DNA of 64,000 nucleotides, from IMG/VR virus record IMGVR_UViG_3300029945_000001, positions 124,001 to 188,000 of that record. One strand, written 5' to 3'. Every line of letters begins with the position of its first letter. The first letter of the stretch is position 1. The notes beneath the pieces were generated by a model, which was given only the letters and a program-made list of their open reading frames with translations, made no database searches and was not told where the DNA came from. The translations under genes and the position numbers were made by a program. Of the stretch, positions 28,106 to 39,528 are shown in pieces.

Positions 28106-29884
28106 TCAATATCGTGCTACATTCTTATGTTCTATGCATACAGGGTTATTTTTTAAACTTTCTAAGAATAATTTGTTCATATCACTATAATTCGGTAATC
28201 CAAAATAAGTATTCATTATCTGTACACTATTTTCATCAGTACTAATAAATAATGAGAAGAATCTCTGTGTTTTATTTTTATCCATACCTTCAATTAAATA
28301 AGCACTATTTAATTTAGTTTCTTTACTGATATTCATAACACATTCTACTGTTGGATAAAATGCGCTAAAATCAATATCATTCACGAAACTTCGCATTAGT
28401 GATTTAATACCAGTCATATCTCTAAAGATATTAATGCCTAGATCATAAGTCTTTTCTGGTCTTAGAACTGCACCACCAGTTTTACCCAACATCCAATCAA
28501 ATTCATTAAACATAGTTCGTCCTGTACTAACAAGGACTTTACCTTCTTGTAGAATATCAAAGTAGAGATCGTCAGCAGCTTTGCGAGTTTGTCTAGACCA
28601 TTTACACAATCTACTTGGCCCAGCCAACATAACCATCTGTTCTTCATCACGATTTTTCCATTCCATGATTTGTAATGAAATACAATCGAATTGGTTATAA
28701 AGAATGTATTTCAAAAATTCATTTCTTTGCATATACCGATGCCAGTTGGTATCAGTTAATTCTGCAATAATTGGATCGGCATCTTTAAATGTTAATTTGC
28801 CAACACCGATATTCTTATGCAAGATATCATCTAGTTTATAAGAGGTTTCTTTACCAATAACTGTTCTTAATAAGCTATATAACGAAGTGGCATTCGTGAA
28901 TTGACTTCCGCTAGTTGAATGAAACCAATCCCATTTCTTTGTAAAATGATCTACTTTGCTATGGTCGGTGTCATACTTAACTTTTTTATATTTTTTCGCT
29001 AATCCTGGATAACACATGATATCTTCTACATTACCATTTAATCTTTGAATGTTTCTAATAACTTGAGGAATATCATAACCCATATTCCATATACCAATAA
29101 AATCAGTCATATTAACATGGATCTGTTCAAAGATCCATTTGATACATTCTAATAAGTCATCGTGTAAAAAATACTGATATTCAAATTTAGGAATCCTAAC
29201 TTTAGGAAGGGCTTTTCTAATAGATTCGATATGTGGCTCCAATACTTCGTCTTTTAATTTAATTAATTCATCTAGAGAAGCATCGACAAACCTATCTTTA
29301 CCATCGATGATTATTCTTTTCTTAAAGAACTTTTTCCATATAGCAGTATAGACTTTATTTTCATGAGTCACAGTAATGAGATTAATATCTTTACCATTTG
29401 TTTCTAACATATCAGCTTCAGTATCGAAAAATCCAGTTGTAACAGCAGATGGTCTTAATCCACTTTTTTCAAATGTTTTCTGTAAAGCTCCTTTAATTAA
29501 TACTTCAATATGGATATCAGCACCATAGACATAAGGACTATCGCATAATTGATTTAATTGAGGATTTCTTCTAGGATAAAATCCATTTAGCCTATGAAAT
29601 AACTCTCTTGGTAATTCATGATTATAAACATCATACTTATCAAGATTTTCCATATATTCATATTCTTTTTTATACTTATGTGTTCTTAATCCAGGTTTTG
29701 TTAAATAAAAACTCCTTTTAGGTTTATCGATAACAATAACTTCTGGGGTTGATATTCCCATGTGGTGTCTATTAACTTTAGCAACAACTGCATCACCGTC
29801 TTCATAATCAACATGACAACTATGAACAAATTCATAAACAGGTTTTTCATTATAGACATTGATAGGTTCTGGGTTACTTGACAT
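28106..29884 (-). CDS. Split family-B DNA polymerase subunit (3'-5' exonuclease plus motif A), phiKZ gp82-like
   Basis: FFDTE (ExoI), WNMGYD (ExoII), YNQFD (ExoIII), GGAV, DIDFSAFYPT (PolB motif A); no motifs B or C. Confidence 0.85.
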   Translation of the reverse strand: MSSNPEPINVYNEKPVYEFVHSCHVDYEDGDAVVAKVNRHHMGISTPEVIVIDKPKRSFYLTKPGLRTHKYKKEYEYMENLDKYDVYNHELPRELFHRLNGFYPRRNPQLNQLCDSPYVYGADIHIEVLIKGALQKTFEKSGLRPSAVTTGFFDTEADMLETNGKDINLITVTHENKVYTAIWKKFFKKRIIIDGKDRFVDASLDELIKLKDEVLEPHIESIRKALPKVRIPKFEYQYFLHDDLLECIKWIFEQIHVNMTDFIGIWNMGYDIPQVIRNIQRLNGNVEDIMCYPGLAKKYKKVKYDTDHSKVDHFTKKWDWFHSTSGSQFTNATSLYSLLRTVIGKETSYKLDDILHKNIGVGKLTFKDADPIIAELTDTNWHRYMQRNEFLKYILYNQFDCISLQIMEWKNRDEEQMVMLAGPSRLCKWSRQTRKAADDLYFDILQEGKVLVSTGRTMFNEFDWMLGKTGGAVLRPEKTYDLGINIFRDMTGIKSLMRSFVNDIDFSAFYPTVECVMNISKETKLNSAYLIEGMDKNKTQRFFSLFISTDENSVQIMNTYFGLPNYSDMNKLFLESLKNNPVCIEHKNVARY

Positions 29885-30039
29885 AAGAGATCCTTGATGT
29901 CTTATGTTGAAAATACATATGATGTCGGTCTTTAAGTTAATTTAATTTTTGATTTATACAAAAAAATACACAGGATGGTGAGCTTTCGCCCACCATCCCA
30001 TGCATCACGTGTTTTTCGACTTTGACTTATTCGCAGGTA

Positions 30040-32355
30040 TTAAGCCTGGGGATCAGTCTCATCGATTTCAGCATCGGCATTAACTAAGGCCTGACCGACA
30101 CCATCGACACCTGAAGTCAGAACGCCATCGTTGCCAACCAGAGGATTGTTGTTCACCTGGATGGATTCAGACAACATCAGCTTCAGAATGGCATCGAGAC
30201 CCTTAACGCTGATGATCATGCCGATCGGGTTCGTCGGGTAGACGACCTCACGGCTGTTGGCGACAGCGCGCTGAGTCACGGCCATGGCGTTGTTGAACGT
30301 GAACTTGCCGGCGAAGATGCCACGGTCCAGATTCTTGCCAAAGCTGATGACGCTTTCCGGGTCAGCATCGCGAACCGGGACGATGAGCATCAGACCTTCA
30401 AAGTTCTTGTACGACGTGGCGACGCAGTCGATGCGTGAGCCGTTCGGAAGATAGAAGCTGTAGTCTGCCGACGGAGCTTCTTCGACGCGAGTGTCGTTCA
30501 GTTCGTTGAAGTAGGTTTTGATGGCCAGCAGGGTTGCAATGATCGTCGGGGTGGTGACCAGACGATACACAGCCTTTTCGCCAGGGTTCAGCTGGTTCAG
30601 GTACAGCGAGGTCAGCTGCGAGTCGGCGATGATCGCATTCAGACGATTCATAACCAGCGAATGCATGTCCGAGTTACGCTCGGTTTCACGCATAACGACG
30701 GCATTGGAAACGTCCAGAACACCACGCCAGACATTCGGGTTACACAGAGTGCCGGCCAGGAAGTCCTGAGCCACCGAATTGTACCAGTCGATGAGGGGAT
30801 CGGTTTCCTCGTGCTTCAGGCGATTGTAGACGTTGTTCAGGCACTCGCCGATCATGCGAACGGCCTTGGCATCATTGCCCAGCGACATGATATCATTGAG
30901 GATCTTGATGATGTCTTCGGCCGACTTGCCTTCAGTGTCCTTGATGCTGTATTCGGCGGTGTACATGCGAGACACGGGAATATAGAAGGACTGCTCCTTC
31001 TGTGTCACGCGAGCCGAAATATTCGCCTTGCGCATATTTTCTTCGCTGTACTGGGCGAAGGGTTCGAAAGCGAACAGCGAGAAGGACAGCTTGTTGTAAG
31101 CAGTATTCACGGCATCCGCAACGGTCGTGCCGGCGGCAGGGAAAAGCTGGGCGTTCAAGCTACCATAGCCTGTCGAGGCGCCGGTCTTGAGGTTAAGCTT
31201 CATGGTGAAGTTGAGATCGATTTCGGCACCGGCGTCACCAAGAACAGACAACAACGATGACGCAGTGCCCGCAGCGGTAACAGCAGTCGAAGGAATGACA
31301 CGCTGGATACGAGGAGCTGCTTCACGATCGGCCGAGTCGTTCGTGTTGGTGCGCTGCACCAGACGCGAGGCTGCCTGATATTCGGTACGAACAGGGATAT
31401 ATTCCGTGGTCGTGCCGTCGGTGACGGCGATCCAGACTTCGCGAACATAGGCGCCTTCGCCGATGATGTCAGTCCAGTTCAGATTGTCGTAGCCGACGGT
31501 GTTGGAGCTGACGCCGAGCTTGAACATGTTGAACGGCACGCCGACCTTAACCAAGTTCTGGTGAACCAGGACAGGGTTGGTCGAATCGTCGTTTTCCATG
31601 AACAGTTCGACACGTTTGGCGGTGGTGTCGACGAACGAAGGATCGCGCATCAGCCGGATCAGAGGAGTGCGAATGGCGTTCGAATAGCGAATATCGGCGT
31701 TCGGGTTCTGCGAAGCAGCCAGATCGTAAACATCGCCATTGGCGATCTTGGTGACGACGACGGTTTCTTCGGTAGCGATGCGCGGCAGGATACGATCGAT
31801 CAGCGACTTGAAGACGCGCAGCATGGTCAGCGAGATCGACAGACGAACATCGGTGACGACGCTATCGATGCCTTCACCGAACGACTCGCCGGCAGCGATA
31901 TCGTTAGTGACAGCATTGACACCACCATTGCCGAACAGCGAGCCCAGAGCGATGCATTCGGTTCCGGCAACGCCGCCCTTGGCATCAGCAAAGTTGGCAT
32001 TGGTCGAATGCAGATGCCCCATGACACCAAGCGTAGCAGCTTCGATGGCCGCCGCAATGCGAGGATTGGTACGATCCAGACGATTGTTCTGGGTCGAGCC
32101 GCTCATCGATTCGATGGTACCGATGACGAAGTTTTCAACGGCGGCCAGGTCGATGCGCTCTTCAGCGCCACGAATGACGGTCATCGGCTTGTCGAAATAT
32201 TCCAGGCCGGCAGCATTGGTGACCGAAGCAACCAATGAATTCGAACTCAGAAATGATTCTGTCGCCGCAGCCAGAGTGAACGCAGCACCCAGAGACAGAC
32301 CGCTGTTCTGGGCAACACCACGCAGCTGCTGCTTCCATGAATTAAGTTTGCTCAT
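30040..32355 (-). CDS. Major capsid protein (phiKZ gp120-like)
   Basis: ~770 aa, GC3-rich, N-terminal A-X-E cleavage motifs (ATE, GLE, AVE, AGE); helicase-gp119-MCP arrangement as in phiKZ. Confidence 0.82.
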   Translation of the reverse strand: MSKLNSWKQQLRGVAQNSGLSLGAAFTLAAATESFLSSNSLVASVTNAAGLEYFDKPMTVIRGAEERIDLAAVENFVIGTIESMSGSTQNNRLDRTNPRIAAAIEAATLGVMGHLHSTNANFADAKGGVAGTECIALGSLFGNGGVNAVTNDIAAGESFGEGIDSVVTDVRLSISLTMLRVFKSLIDRILPRIATEETVVVTKIANGDVYDLAASQNPNADIRYSNAIRTPLIRLMRDPSFVDTTAKRVELFMENDDSTNPVLVHQNLVKVGVPFNMFKLGVSSNTVGYDNLNWTDIIGEGAYVREVWIAVTDGTTTEYIPVRTEYQAASRLVQRTNTNDSADREAAPRIQRVIPSTAVTAAGTASSLLSVLGDAGAEIDLNFTMKLNLKTGASTGYGSLNAQLFPAAGTTVADAVNTAYNKLSFSLFAFEPFAQYSEENMRKANISARVTQKEQSFYIPVSRMYTAEYSIKDTEGKSAEDIIKILNDIMSLGNDAKAVRMIGECLNNVYNRLKHEETDPLIDWYNSVAQDFLAGTLCNPNVWRGVLDVSNAVVMRETERNSDMHSLVMNRLNAIIADSQLTSLYLNQLNPGEKAVYRLVTTPTIIATLLAIKTYFNELNDTRVEEAPSADYSFYLPNGSRIDCVATSYKNFEGLMLIVPVRDADPESVISFGKNLDRGIFAGKFTFNNAMAVTQRAVANSREVVYPTNPIGMIISVKGLDAILKLMLSESIQVNNNPLVGNDGVLTSGVDGVGQALVNADAEIDETDPQA

Positions 32356-32357
32356 TG

Positions 32358-34052
32358 TCAAAGAACTCCTGAAATACGCGTATTAAGACCAAGCTTGGTC
32401 AAGAGCGTTTTGGTTGCATCAATGGAAGATGTGAATAACCACAGCTTACACCATTCGTCAAGATAGGCTTTAGTTTCTGAAGAATACTGAGGATCATTCT
32501 TAATATCACCATTGAGTTTAGCAACAGCGAGTCTAACAAAATGATCATTTAGAGTCTCTTTGGAATCGATCAGCGGAATGAACAGCTGAGAATTCTCATC
32601 TTCGGAGATTTCATCAGAGACTTCAGATGATGCAGAACCATCGTCTTGATTGTCTATATTATCATCATCACCATTATCTATAGTGTTTGTATCACCAAAG
32701 TTAGCGTCATCAGATGTTCCATCGCCAGATTCATCGGTTCCTTGTGAATTGGTGTCATCATCGCTGATAGTACTATCAGGATTAGCATCACTATTACTAT
32801 TATTATTGGTAGTATCTTCACCAGAAATATCAGAACTTGGGGAAGCATCAGACGAATCATCTTTGTTAGGAACTTTCGTTTCATCGTCTGATCCCTTTGT
32901 GTCTTTATTATCTACTGTATTTTCAGGATCATCTTCTTCTGATATGGGTTTATCTGCTTCGATATTATCATCTTGATTATTTTCAGTGGCATCTGTTTTA
33001 TCTTCATTTTCCTCATCGTCTTCTTCATCATCTTTAACATCGCCTAGAGCTTCTAATCCATAAAAATATCCAGTATCGTGTCCACTACCGGATACGAAAC
33101 CATTTGGTGATTTTTTATAATAATAATCATCAACATAAATAAGAACTCTATCAATACTATCATAATTTTCAATTCCTTCTAAAGCATCACGTATTCTTTC
33201 CCAATAACGAGTGGCGTCTTTAACATCATAAATGTAATAACCAGTATTGTCGGCACCAACATTTTCAAAATTGCTAACATGTATGGCAAATGCTTTATTC
33301 TTAGTATATTTCAAACAAAGATTTGCACAGACAAAATTCTTATATGAAATAATACCATTATTAATAGCATTAATAGGAAGAGCAGTCAATGCAATAACTT
33401 TAGCAATTTCTAAAAAGCTAGGTTTCATCGTAAGAAACTTAAGACTATTTATCATCTTCCAGTAATTATCCGAATTCTTATTAAATTTGCTATTACAAAT
33501 CAATTCATCTGTATCAATGACAACATGATGGATAGGATCTAATTGTAATGGGAATAGATCGCTTTTCAAATTGACTCTAGGGACATAAAAAATAGTTTTT
33601 GTATTGGTAGTTTCAAAATTAATAGCTGAGAAGATAGCTAGAATACCATTTAATTTAGATAATCCGTGTTTCAGATATAATCCTTTTAATAAAGGAATAT
33701 CACTATCAATAATATTGTTTGTATGAATATACTTATTTACATATTGACCAATCTGGCTATCTTTAACTGATTGAGACATAGTAATGATATTATCTTTAAC
33801 CAATGATAATAAAGCAAGAACATGAGAATGAGTATTAGATTCAACAAATATATTAAAATATTTATACATAATAATTTGTTCTAAAAGAAGCTTATCATTA
33901 TCAAGATCGACATTTCTAATGTCTATATTTATTTTAAGATCTAAATTAATAGCAGTATCATCAAAAATAACTTTATCAAGTACTGAAATATTTCTGAAAA
34001 TATCATTTAAAACAATAAGTGGCTGTCTGTCCATGGGAGCATTGTCCTTCAC
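32358..34052 (-). CDS. Virion head-associated protein with an acidic low-complexity region (phiKZ gp119-like position)
   Basis: Between helicase and capsid genes; GLE motif before the D/E/N-rich tract. Confidence 0.6.
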   Translation of the reverse strand: MKDNAPMDRQPLIVLNDIFRNISVLDKVIFDDTAINLDLKINIDIRNVDLDNDKLLLEQIIMYKYFNIFVESNTHSHVLALLSLVKDNIITMSQSVKDSQIGQYVNKYIHTNNIIDSDIPLLKGLYLKHGLSKLNGILAIFSAINFETTNTKTIFYVPRVNLKSDLFPLQLDPIHHVVIDTDELICNSKFNKNSDNYWKMINSLKFLTMKPSFLEIAKVIALTALPINAINNGIISYKNFVCANLCLKYTKNKAFAIHVSNFENVGADNTGYYIYDVKDATRYWERIRDALEGIENYDSIDRVLIYVDDYYYKKSPNGFVSGSGHDTGYFYGLEALGDVKDDEEDDEENEDKTDATENNQDDNIEADKPISEEDDPENTVDNKDTKGSDDETKVPNKDDSSDASPSSDISGEDTTNNNSNSDANPDSTISDDDTNSQGTDESGDGTSDDANFGDTNTIDNGDDDNIDNQDDGSASSEVSDEISEDENSQLFIPLIDSKETLNDHFVRLAVAKLNGDIKNDPQYSSETKAYLDEWCKLWLFTSSIDATKTLLTKLGLNTRISGVL

Positions 34053-34137
34053 TGGAGATTTAATAGATAAAAAAATCTATTAAAGACTTATAATATGTTA
34101 ATTTGACGCTATAAATATTAGGAAACAGAAAGGGGAT

Positions 34138-35712
34138 TTGTTGATGCTTTTTTCTCCTGACTTTTTTATTGATTGTATGATTCTACTTATTTATGAAAAT
34201 TCAGATAAGACTAAAGCAACTGTTAAGGATCTTATTAAAATATATGACGATGATAGTAAAACAAATACGCCATCAGAAAATGACAATAGTCGTTTTTATG
34301 TTAAACTTATTAAAGAGATCCTGAGGAACAATATAACTAAAAATGACGAAGCTGGTCTAAAATCATTATTGTTGAAAATCAATACAGATAAGAGTGCTTT
34401 TAATAAATCAGAAACTTTAAAATTACTTGAAAGTATTTTCTTAAGTAAAGTGGAAATCAGTTTTCAACAATTAGAAGAGACTGCTAAGAAAGTACAAATG
34501 GCACTCATGTGGCATTTGATCAGTAAACATCAAAGACGCGGTTATATTGCTCTTAGTAAATTTGCAGATAGTTTAAATAGTGAAGACCAAGAACAAGAAT
34601 TAAGTGAAATTAATAAACAAGCAAATGCTATTCAACAAATATTTGAAGAAGCTATGTCTTCTATGATGAAAAATACATTGGCTAAAAAACCAGTAGAAAG
34701 TATAGATTTCTCTGAGAAAGATTCTCTCAAGAAAGGTATTACAAAATATAAAGATAGAGCTATTAATGGTATATTCAAAACAGGCCTTCAAGGTTTGAAT
34801 ATCATGACTGGTCCTGGTCGTGGTGGAATCATGGAAGGTGAGTCTGTTGTTTTTTATGCTCTTCCGCATAACTATAAATCTGGTCTATGTATGAGTGTTG
34901 CTACTCATGCTATCTTGTACAATAAACCAAATCTCAAAGATATTTCTAAAAAACCATTAGCATTGTTCATATCATTAGAAAATGAAGCCTTCCAGAACAT
35001 GATGTGGGTCTTCAAGCATTATTATGAAAATATTAATAATAAAGATTCTAGCGATATGGATGATGATGCTATTATTGATTGGATGTACAAATTCTTTAAT
35101 AAGATGGGATGGTCGTTTATTATTCTTCGTTATCTTCCTTCAGAATTTGGATTTAAAGATTTTGTTAATGTTGTTGAATATTATGAGAACTCTGGATATG
35201 AAATAAAATTAGCTGTTATCGACTATATGAATCTTATGTATAAAGGAAATGGATCTGAACGATCTTCATCAGTCGGAACCCATCTTCTTGTTAAGGAACT
35301 TTTTAGTAATGCTTGTAATTACACAAAATCAAAAGGTATTAGTCTTATTACGGCACATCCTCTAAATCGTAAAGCAACCGAACTTGTAAATACTGGTATT
35401 AAGAATATTGTTAAACGATTTGATACAGAGCATATTGCAGAAAGTATGGATGTCGCTAGAGAAGTTGATCTTGAAATATTTATTCATATTGAAAAGAACC
35501 AAGATGGTATTTATTATCTCACGTTTAAACGTGGTAAACATAGATATCAAGATAAAACAAAAGATGCACATAAATTCTTTGCGTATAGATTTTCTGATTA
35601 TGGTATTAAAGACGACATTGATGGTAAACCTACATTTACAAGAGATATTTATGCTATTCCTACAAATGATGATGATAGACAAAAACAACATGTTGTTATG
35701 GACATTTTCTAA
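34138..35712 (+). CDS. DnaB-like replicative helicase (phiKZ gp118-like)
   Basis: TGLQGLN, ALPHNYKS Walker A variant, ISLEN, VIDY, RGKHR. Confidence 0.88.
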   Translation: MLMLFSPDFFIDCMILLIYENSDKTKATVKDLIKIYDDDSKTNTPSENDNSRFYVKLIKEILRNNITKNDEAGLKSLLLKINTDKSAFNKSETLKLLESIFLSKVEISFQQLEETAKKVQMALMWHLISKHQRRGYIALSKFADSLNSEDQEQELSEINKQANAIQQIFEEAMSSMMKNTLAKKPVESIDFSEKDSLKKGITKYKDRAINGIFKTGLQGLNIMTGPGRGGIMEGESVVFYALPHNYKSGLCMSVATHAILYNKPNLKDISKKPLALFISLENEAFQNMMWVFKHYYENINNKDSSDMDDDAIIDWMYKFFNKMGWSFIILRYLPSEFGFKDFVNVVEYYENSGYEIKLAVIDYMNLMYKGNGSERSSSVGTHLLVKELFSNACNYTKSKGISLITAHPLNRKATELVNTGIKNIVKRFDTEHIAESMDVAREVDLEIFIHIEKNQDGIYYLTFKRGKHRYQDKTKDAHKFFAYRFSDYGIKDDIDGKPTFTRDIYAIPTNDDDRQKQHVVMDIF

Positions 35713-35720
35713 ATATTACA

Positions 35721-35750
35721 AGAGTGATGTGGGATATCCCACATCACTCT
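35721..35750. terminator. Perfect 30-bp palindrome
   Basis: AGAGTGATGTGGGATATCCCACATCACTCT. Confidence 0.75.
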
Positions 35751-35801
35751 GTTTAAATCCATCTTATGAATTCCTCTCTCCTGAAAAGGACTCGTATATA
35801 A

Positions 35802-38060
35802 ATGGTCGAATTTACGACAAAACCGCCAAAAATAACTTCAGATCCTACTGTCATATCTCCTAATGTAGTTCCTAACACTATTGCTTTACATAAAGCTCTT
35901 GGTAACTTAAATAAAAATTGGATGGATGTTTTAGATAAGTTAAGTGCTAACTTTACAAATATATTTAGTGAATCGTTATTATCATCAACATTTACAAATT
36001 CATCTACTGATATCCAATATGGTTGGATCTATTCTGGTTGGGAGAGTTTAGATGGTTCATTAACGATAGATTATGTTGAAGGTAGTATAAATAATTTTAT
36101 TACAATACCTAATGTTTATGACAGTGCCGGGTATTATTTCTTATGTTTTGATATTAAAGAATTGACTGGATATTTAAATATAACTTTAAACGGCGAATCT
36201 TTAAGAACTATTACAACAACCGGTAGATGTGGTACAGTTTATCCTGTTAGTAGTTCACTTACTGATACATTAACAATTCAACAAGTTGATCCTGATACAA
36301 ATGGATCAACTACTATTCTAAATGGTTATCTTATCAAAGTTAGTCAAGAGCTTTATGATTATATTAATTCACAAATAGCAAGTTATTTTAATTATTCTGA
36401 TTTAAGTAATTATATTACAAAGAATGATATGGATCAGGCAGTTGGTACTATTCTAGCAACGACTATGCAAGCACACCTTGCTGCTAAAAATCCTCACAAT
36501 ATTACGCCAGAACTTATTAATGCTGCTCCTGTTAACCACACGCATAGTCAGTATGCTTTAAAAACAGATCTTTCTCTCATTGGAACATATAAACCAAATA
36601 CGATCGTTTGTAATCTAAATGGTAATTATCCTAAAGAACTTTTTTCTGGATATATTGATGTTCCTGTTACCTTCATAACACAATATTTAAACCATATTTC
36701 CAAAACTAATTTTTGTTTACAATCAGGAACAATATTGATTAATGATAAAGATATAGATTGTGTTTCTATGATAGATGCAACAGTTCCTATCGATTCTAGA
36801 TATGCAGTCATTCCTTCTTCAAAACTACCAACAGTTACATATACATTTACACAAACTCGACTATTAGAAACAATTAATATTGTTAGTAATGCATCTTTAG
36901 ATACTGGATGTCCTTTAAAACTTATTGTTAGTACAAATGGATATGTAAAAGAATTTACATCCGTCTTTAATGAGAATATTTCTGGGTATCAATTATATTC
37001 TATTCCTATGAATTCTATTTCAGCAGATTCTATTACAGTTTCAATTGAACAGACTGATACAACTCTTGAAAATTATACATTCGGATTTGATATTATTTTT
37101 GCAGATACTAATTTAAATGATATTGCTATAAATACCAATATCGGTGTTGCTATGAGAACACCAGATAATTCAGCTACTTCTTTGATGTCTGTCATATCTC
37201 CTTTTTATTTTGATATAAATACCCTGGTACAAAATCATACATATATGGTTGCATATACATCTACAGATCAAGAAACTATTTCTTTAGAATTATATCCACT
37301 TCCTTATCTCTACACAAATAAAAAGAATTCCAATGGAATAAATGTATTTTCTGAATGCACAATAACGGATGCGTATTATAATATCCCTACTCTTACAAAT
37401 ATAGATATTACTGAAAATAATTACGATATTTATAAATACAATATGTCAACATCAACTTCTAATATTCTGTCAATCAATCAAGTTTTAATAAATCCATTAG
37501 TTATAAATGAAATAACAGTTCATTTTAATAAAGAAACAACAAATACTATTCCTAACACATTTAGTATTATAGTTAATTATGAAGATAATACAATAGATAC
37601 ATTTACTGTATCTACTTCAAATGTAAGTATTATTGATGGTCCTATTGGATATGCTACGATACAATCAAAACCAGTATCTTCTTTTATTATTTCATTGCAG
37701 ACAGATGAGAATACTATTTGCGATTTAAATTATATTAATGTAAAAGTAAATACATTAACATATAACAATAATAAATGGTCTGATGGTAATATGAGAGGTC
37801 TCATTGGATACTTAACTGTTTTAGAAAATGGTTTTCAGTTAGATCCTATTTTTTATAACGACGTTTGTTCTTTACCTATTGCTAATTTAAGTGATTTAGA
37901 ATTTTATACATATACAACTATTAGTAATCCATATCCTAATTTTATTATAAACGAATCTTCTTCGGATGATATTATTTATTATGAAAAATACAATCATACT
38001 ACTAAACTAATATACACTTCTGCTGGTCCTAAAACAATGACTATTTTAGCAGATAGTTAA
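35802..38060 (+). CDS. Putative tail/fibre-associated structural protein
   Basis: HLAAKNPHNIT...AA..HTH motif typical of jumbo-phage fibre proteins; beta-rich composition. Confidence 0.6.
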   Translation: MVEFTTKPPKITSDPTVISPNVVPNTIALHKALGNLNKNWMDVLDKLSANFTNIFSESLLSSTFTNSSTDIQYGWIYSGWESLDGSLTIDYVEGSINNFITIPNVYDSAGYYFLCFDIKELTGYLNITLNGESLRTITTTGRCGTVYPVSSSLTDTLTIQQVDPDTNGSTTILNGYLIKVSQELYDYINSQIASYFNYSDLSNYITKNDMDQAVGTILATTMQAHLAAKNPHNITPELINAAPVNHTHSQYALKTDLSLIGTYKPNTIVCNLNGNYPKELFSGYIDVPVTFITQYLNHISKTNFCLQSGTILINDKDIDCVSMIDATVPIDSRYAVIPSSKLPTVTYTFTQTRLLETINIVSNASLDTGCPLKLIVSTNGYVKEFTSVFNENISGYQLYSIPMNSISADSITVSIEQTDTTLENYTFGFDIIFADTNLNDIAINTNIGVAMRTPDNSATSLMSVISPFYFDINTLVQNHTYMVAYTSTDQETISLELYPLPYLYTNKKNSNGINVFSECTITDAYYNIPTLTNIDITENNYDIYKYNMSTSTSNILSINQVLINPLVINEITVHFNKETTNTIPNTFSIIVNYEDNTIDTFTVSTSNVSIIDGPIGYATIQSKPVSSFIISLQTDENTICDLNYINVKVNTLTYNNNKWSDGNMRGLIGYLTVLENGFQLDPIFYNDVCSLPIANLSDLEFYTYTTISNPYPNFIINESSSDDIIYYEKYNHTTKLIYTSAGPKTMTILADS

Positions 38061-38076
38061 ATTTGAAATAAAAAAT

Positions 38077-38088
38077 ACATATATATTA
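38077..38088 (+). promoter_or_regulatory. Early promoter motif followed by a leader hairpin (38096-38137)
   Basis: ACATATATATTA; AGAGAAGACTGGTTAAGA...TCTTGATCAGTCTATTCTCT. Confidence 0.6.
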
Positions 38089-38166
38089 ATATGTAGAGAA
38101 GACTGGTTAAGAACGCGTCTTGATCAGTCTATTCTCTAAAATCCGTTAAAATTGGGAATTAAATAA

Positions 38167-39462
38167 ATGCACTTTGATATTTCCACGCTGACTGCTGACG
38201 CTTTGACTTCTGCTACCATGATTGGTACTCTTGTTTCGGAGTCCGCAGCCCCCCTCATCGACTGGGACAGCATGCGCAAGGAGATCGAATCCTGGCCGCT
38301 GGTCTCGGAGGTGCCGCAGGACAAGGACGTTCCGCAGCTGAACATGACTTCGATCACCGGCAAGACCTGCCGTGAGCTGGTCAAGGGCGGCATCAAGACC
38401 GAGAATTTCATCGCCATCATCAAGTCGATGCTGAATGTCCGCGCCCATGTCATGTCCTCGAACGCCGGCAAGGCCCAGACTCTTTATCCGACCGTGAACG
38501 AATATGGCGCCCGTGAAGTCGGCAATGTCATCGTCGTCGCCAACAAGCATGCCGGCAAGCCCCGGTCGATCAACATCAATCGCCAGGCTTATGACCATCC
38601 GAAGAATGCCAATGACGAGACCCGTGGTCGTCAGCGGCACGTCAGCTGCGTCGTCGAAGTCGGTGGCTATATCGGTTTCGCTTTCTACAACAAGTTCTCT
38701 CCGAACACCCTGATCCAGACTTTCTTCCAGGTCACGCATGTCATTCCGCTCGGCGGCGACAGCAAGCTGTTCGAAATCGGCATGACCCTGGTTCATGCGG
38801 CGTTCGCTTCGGCCGCCGACGGCAAGGTCCTGGCCACTCCTCTGGAAGATGATACTCCGCTGGCCAATCTGATCGATGCGATGCAGCGTCGTTTGGCCGT
38901 CGGTGCTCTTCAACTGGATTGGCCGCTGTACAGTCAGATCTTCGTTCCGCATTTCGGCCTGAAGAATGACACCGCCGCCGGCATCGCCAAGATCGATCAT
39001 TGGAAGGATCTGCACTCCGACACCGTGACTGCCAATCTCGACAAGCCGGTCAGTGCCGACATCACCGACATTGAAATCGATCTGATGCACAATCTGGTCG
39101 AAGCGCGTGCCACCTCCACGCCGAAGACCGACGGCGATGGCAATGCCGTCTATGATGAAACTGCTCTGGTCATCAGCCATCACATGGACGACACCGGCAA
39201 TACCATCCGTGCGATGATGACCCTGATCAACAACAACGAAACCATCTGGACCGGCGTCACCGACATCACGGCCAACAACTTCGATCGTCCGGTCGGTGAT
39301 GACATCACCTATCCGAGCGGCAAGTTGAAGGCGGCGGTTCTCGATCCGGCCCTGATTCTCGGCGCCACCACGTTCCAGCGTCTGAAGACCGACGTCATCA
39401 ATCGTCAGGTCGAAGGAAAGCATCCTGTGGAGAACCCGACCATCCTGGGCATTCTGCGTTAA
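38167..39462 (+). CDS. Probably highly expressed early protein of unknown function
   Basis: 431 aa, GC3-rich, own promoter and terminator. Confidence 0.85.
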   Translation: MHFDISTLTADALTSATMIGTLVSESAAPLIDWDSMRKEIESWPLVSEVPQDKDVPQLNMTSITGKTCRELVKGGIKTENFIAIIKSMLNVRAHVMSSNAGKAQTLYPTVNEYGAREVGNVIVVANKHAGKPRSININRQAYDHPKNANDETRGRQRHVSCVVEVGGYIGFAFYNKFSPNTLIQTFFQVTHVIPLGGDSKLFEIGMTLVHAAFASAADGKVLATPLEDDTPLANLIDAMQRRLAVGALQLDWPLYSQIFVPHFGLKNDTAAGIAKIDHWKDLHSDTVTANLDKPVSADITDIEIDLMHNLVEARATSTPKTDGDGNAVYDETALVISHHMDDTGNTIRAMMTLINNNETIWTGVTDITANNFDRPVGDDITYPSGKLKAAVLDPALILGATTFQRLKTDVINRQVEGKHPVENPTILGILR

Positions 39463-39481
39463 GCAGAAAACCAACTAAAGT

Positions 39482-39528
39482 AGATACGGAGGAGCGCAAG
39501 CTCCTCCGTATCTCTTTATTTTTTTATT
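39482..39528 (+). terminator. Intrinsic terminator with a GCAA loop
   Basis: AGATACGGAGGAGC-GCAA-GCTCCTCCGTATCT plus T tract. Confidence 0.85.

Noticed and set aside
38146-39474. 442-aa antisense ORF, and similar ones opposite 17850-18827, the capsid gene and chmA
   Set aside because: Shadow frames expected from GC3-biased codons, which remove antisense stops
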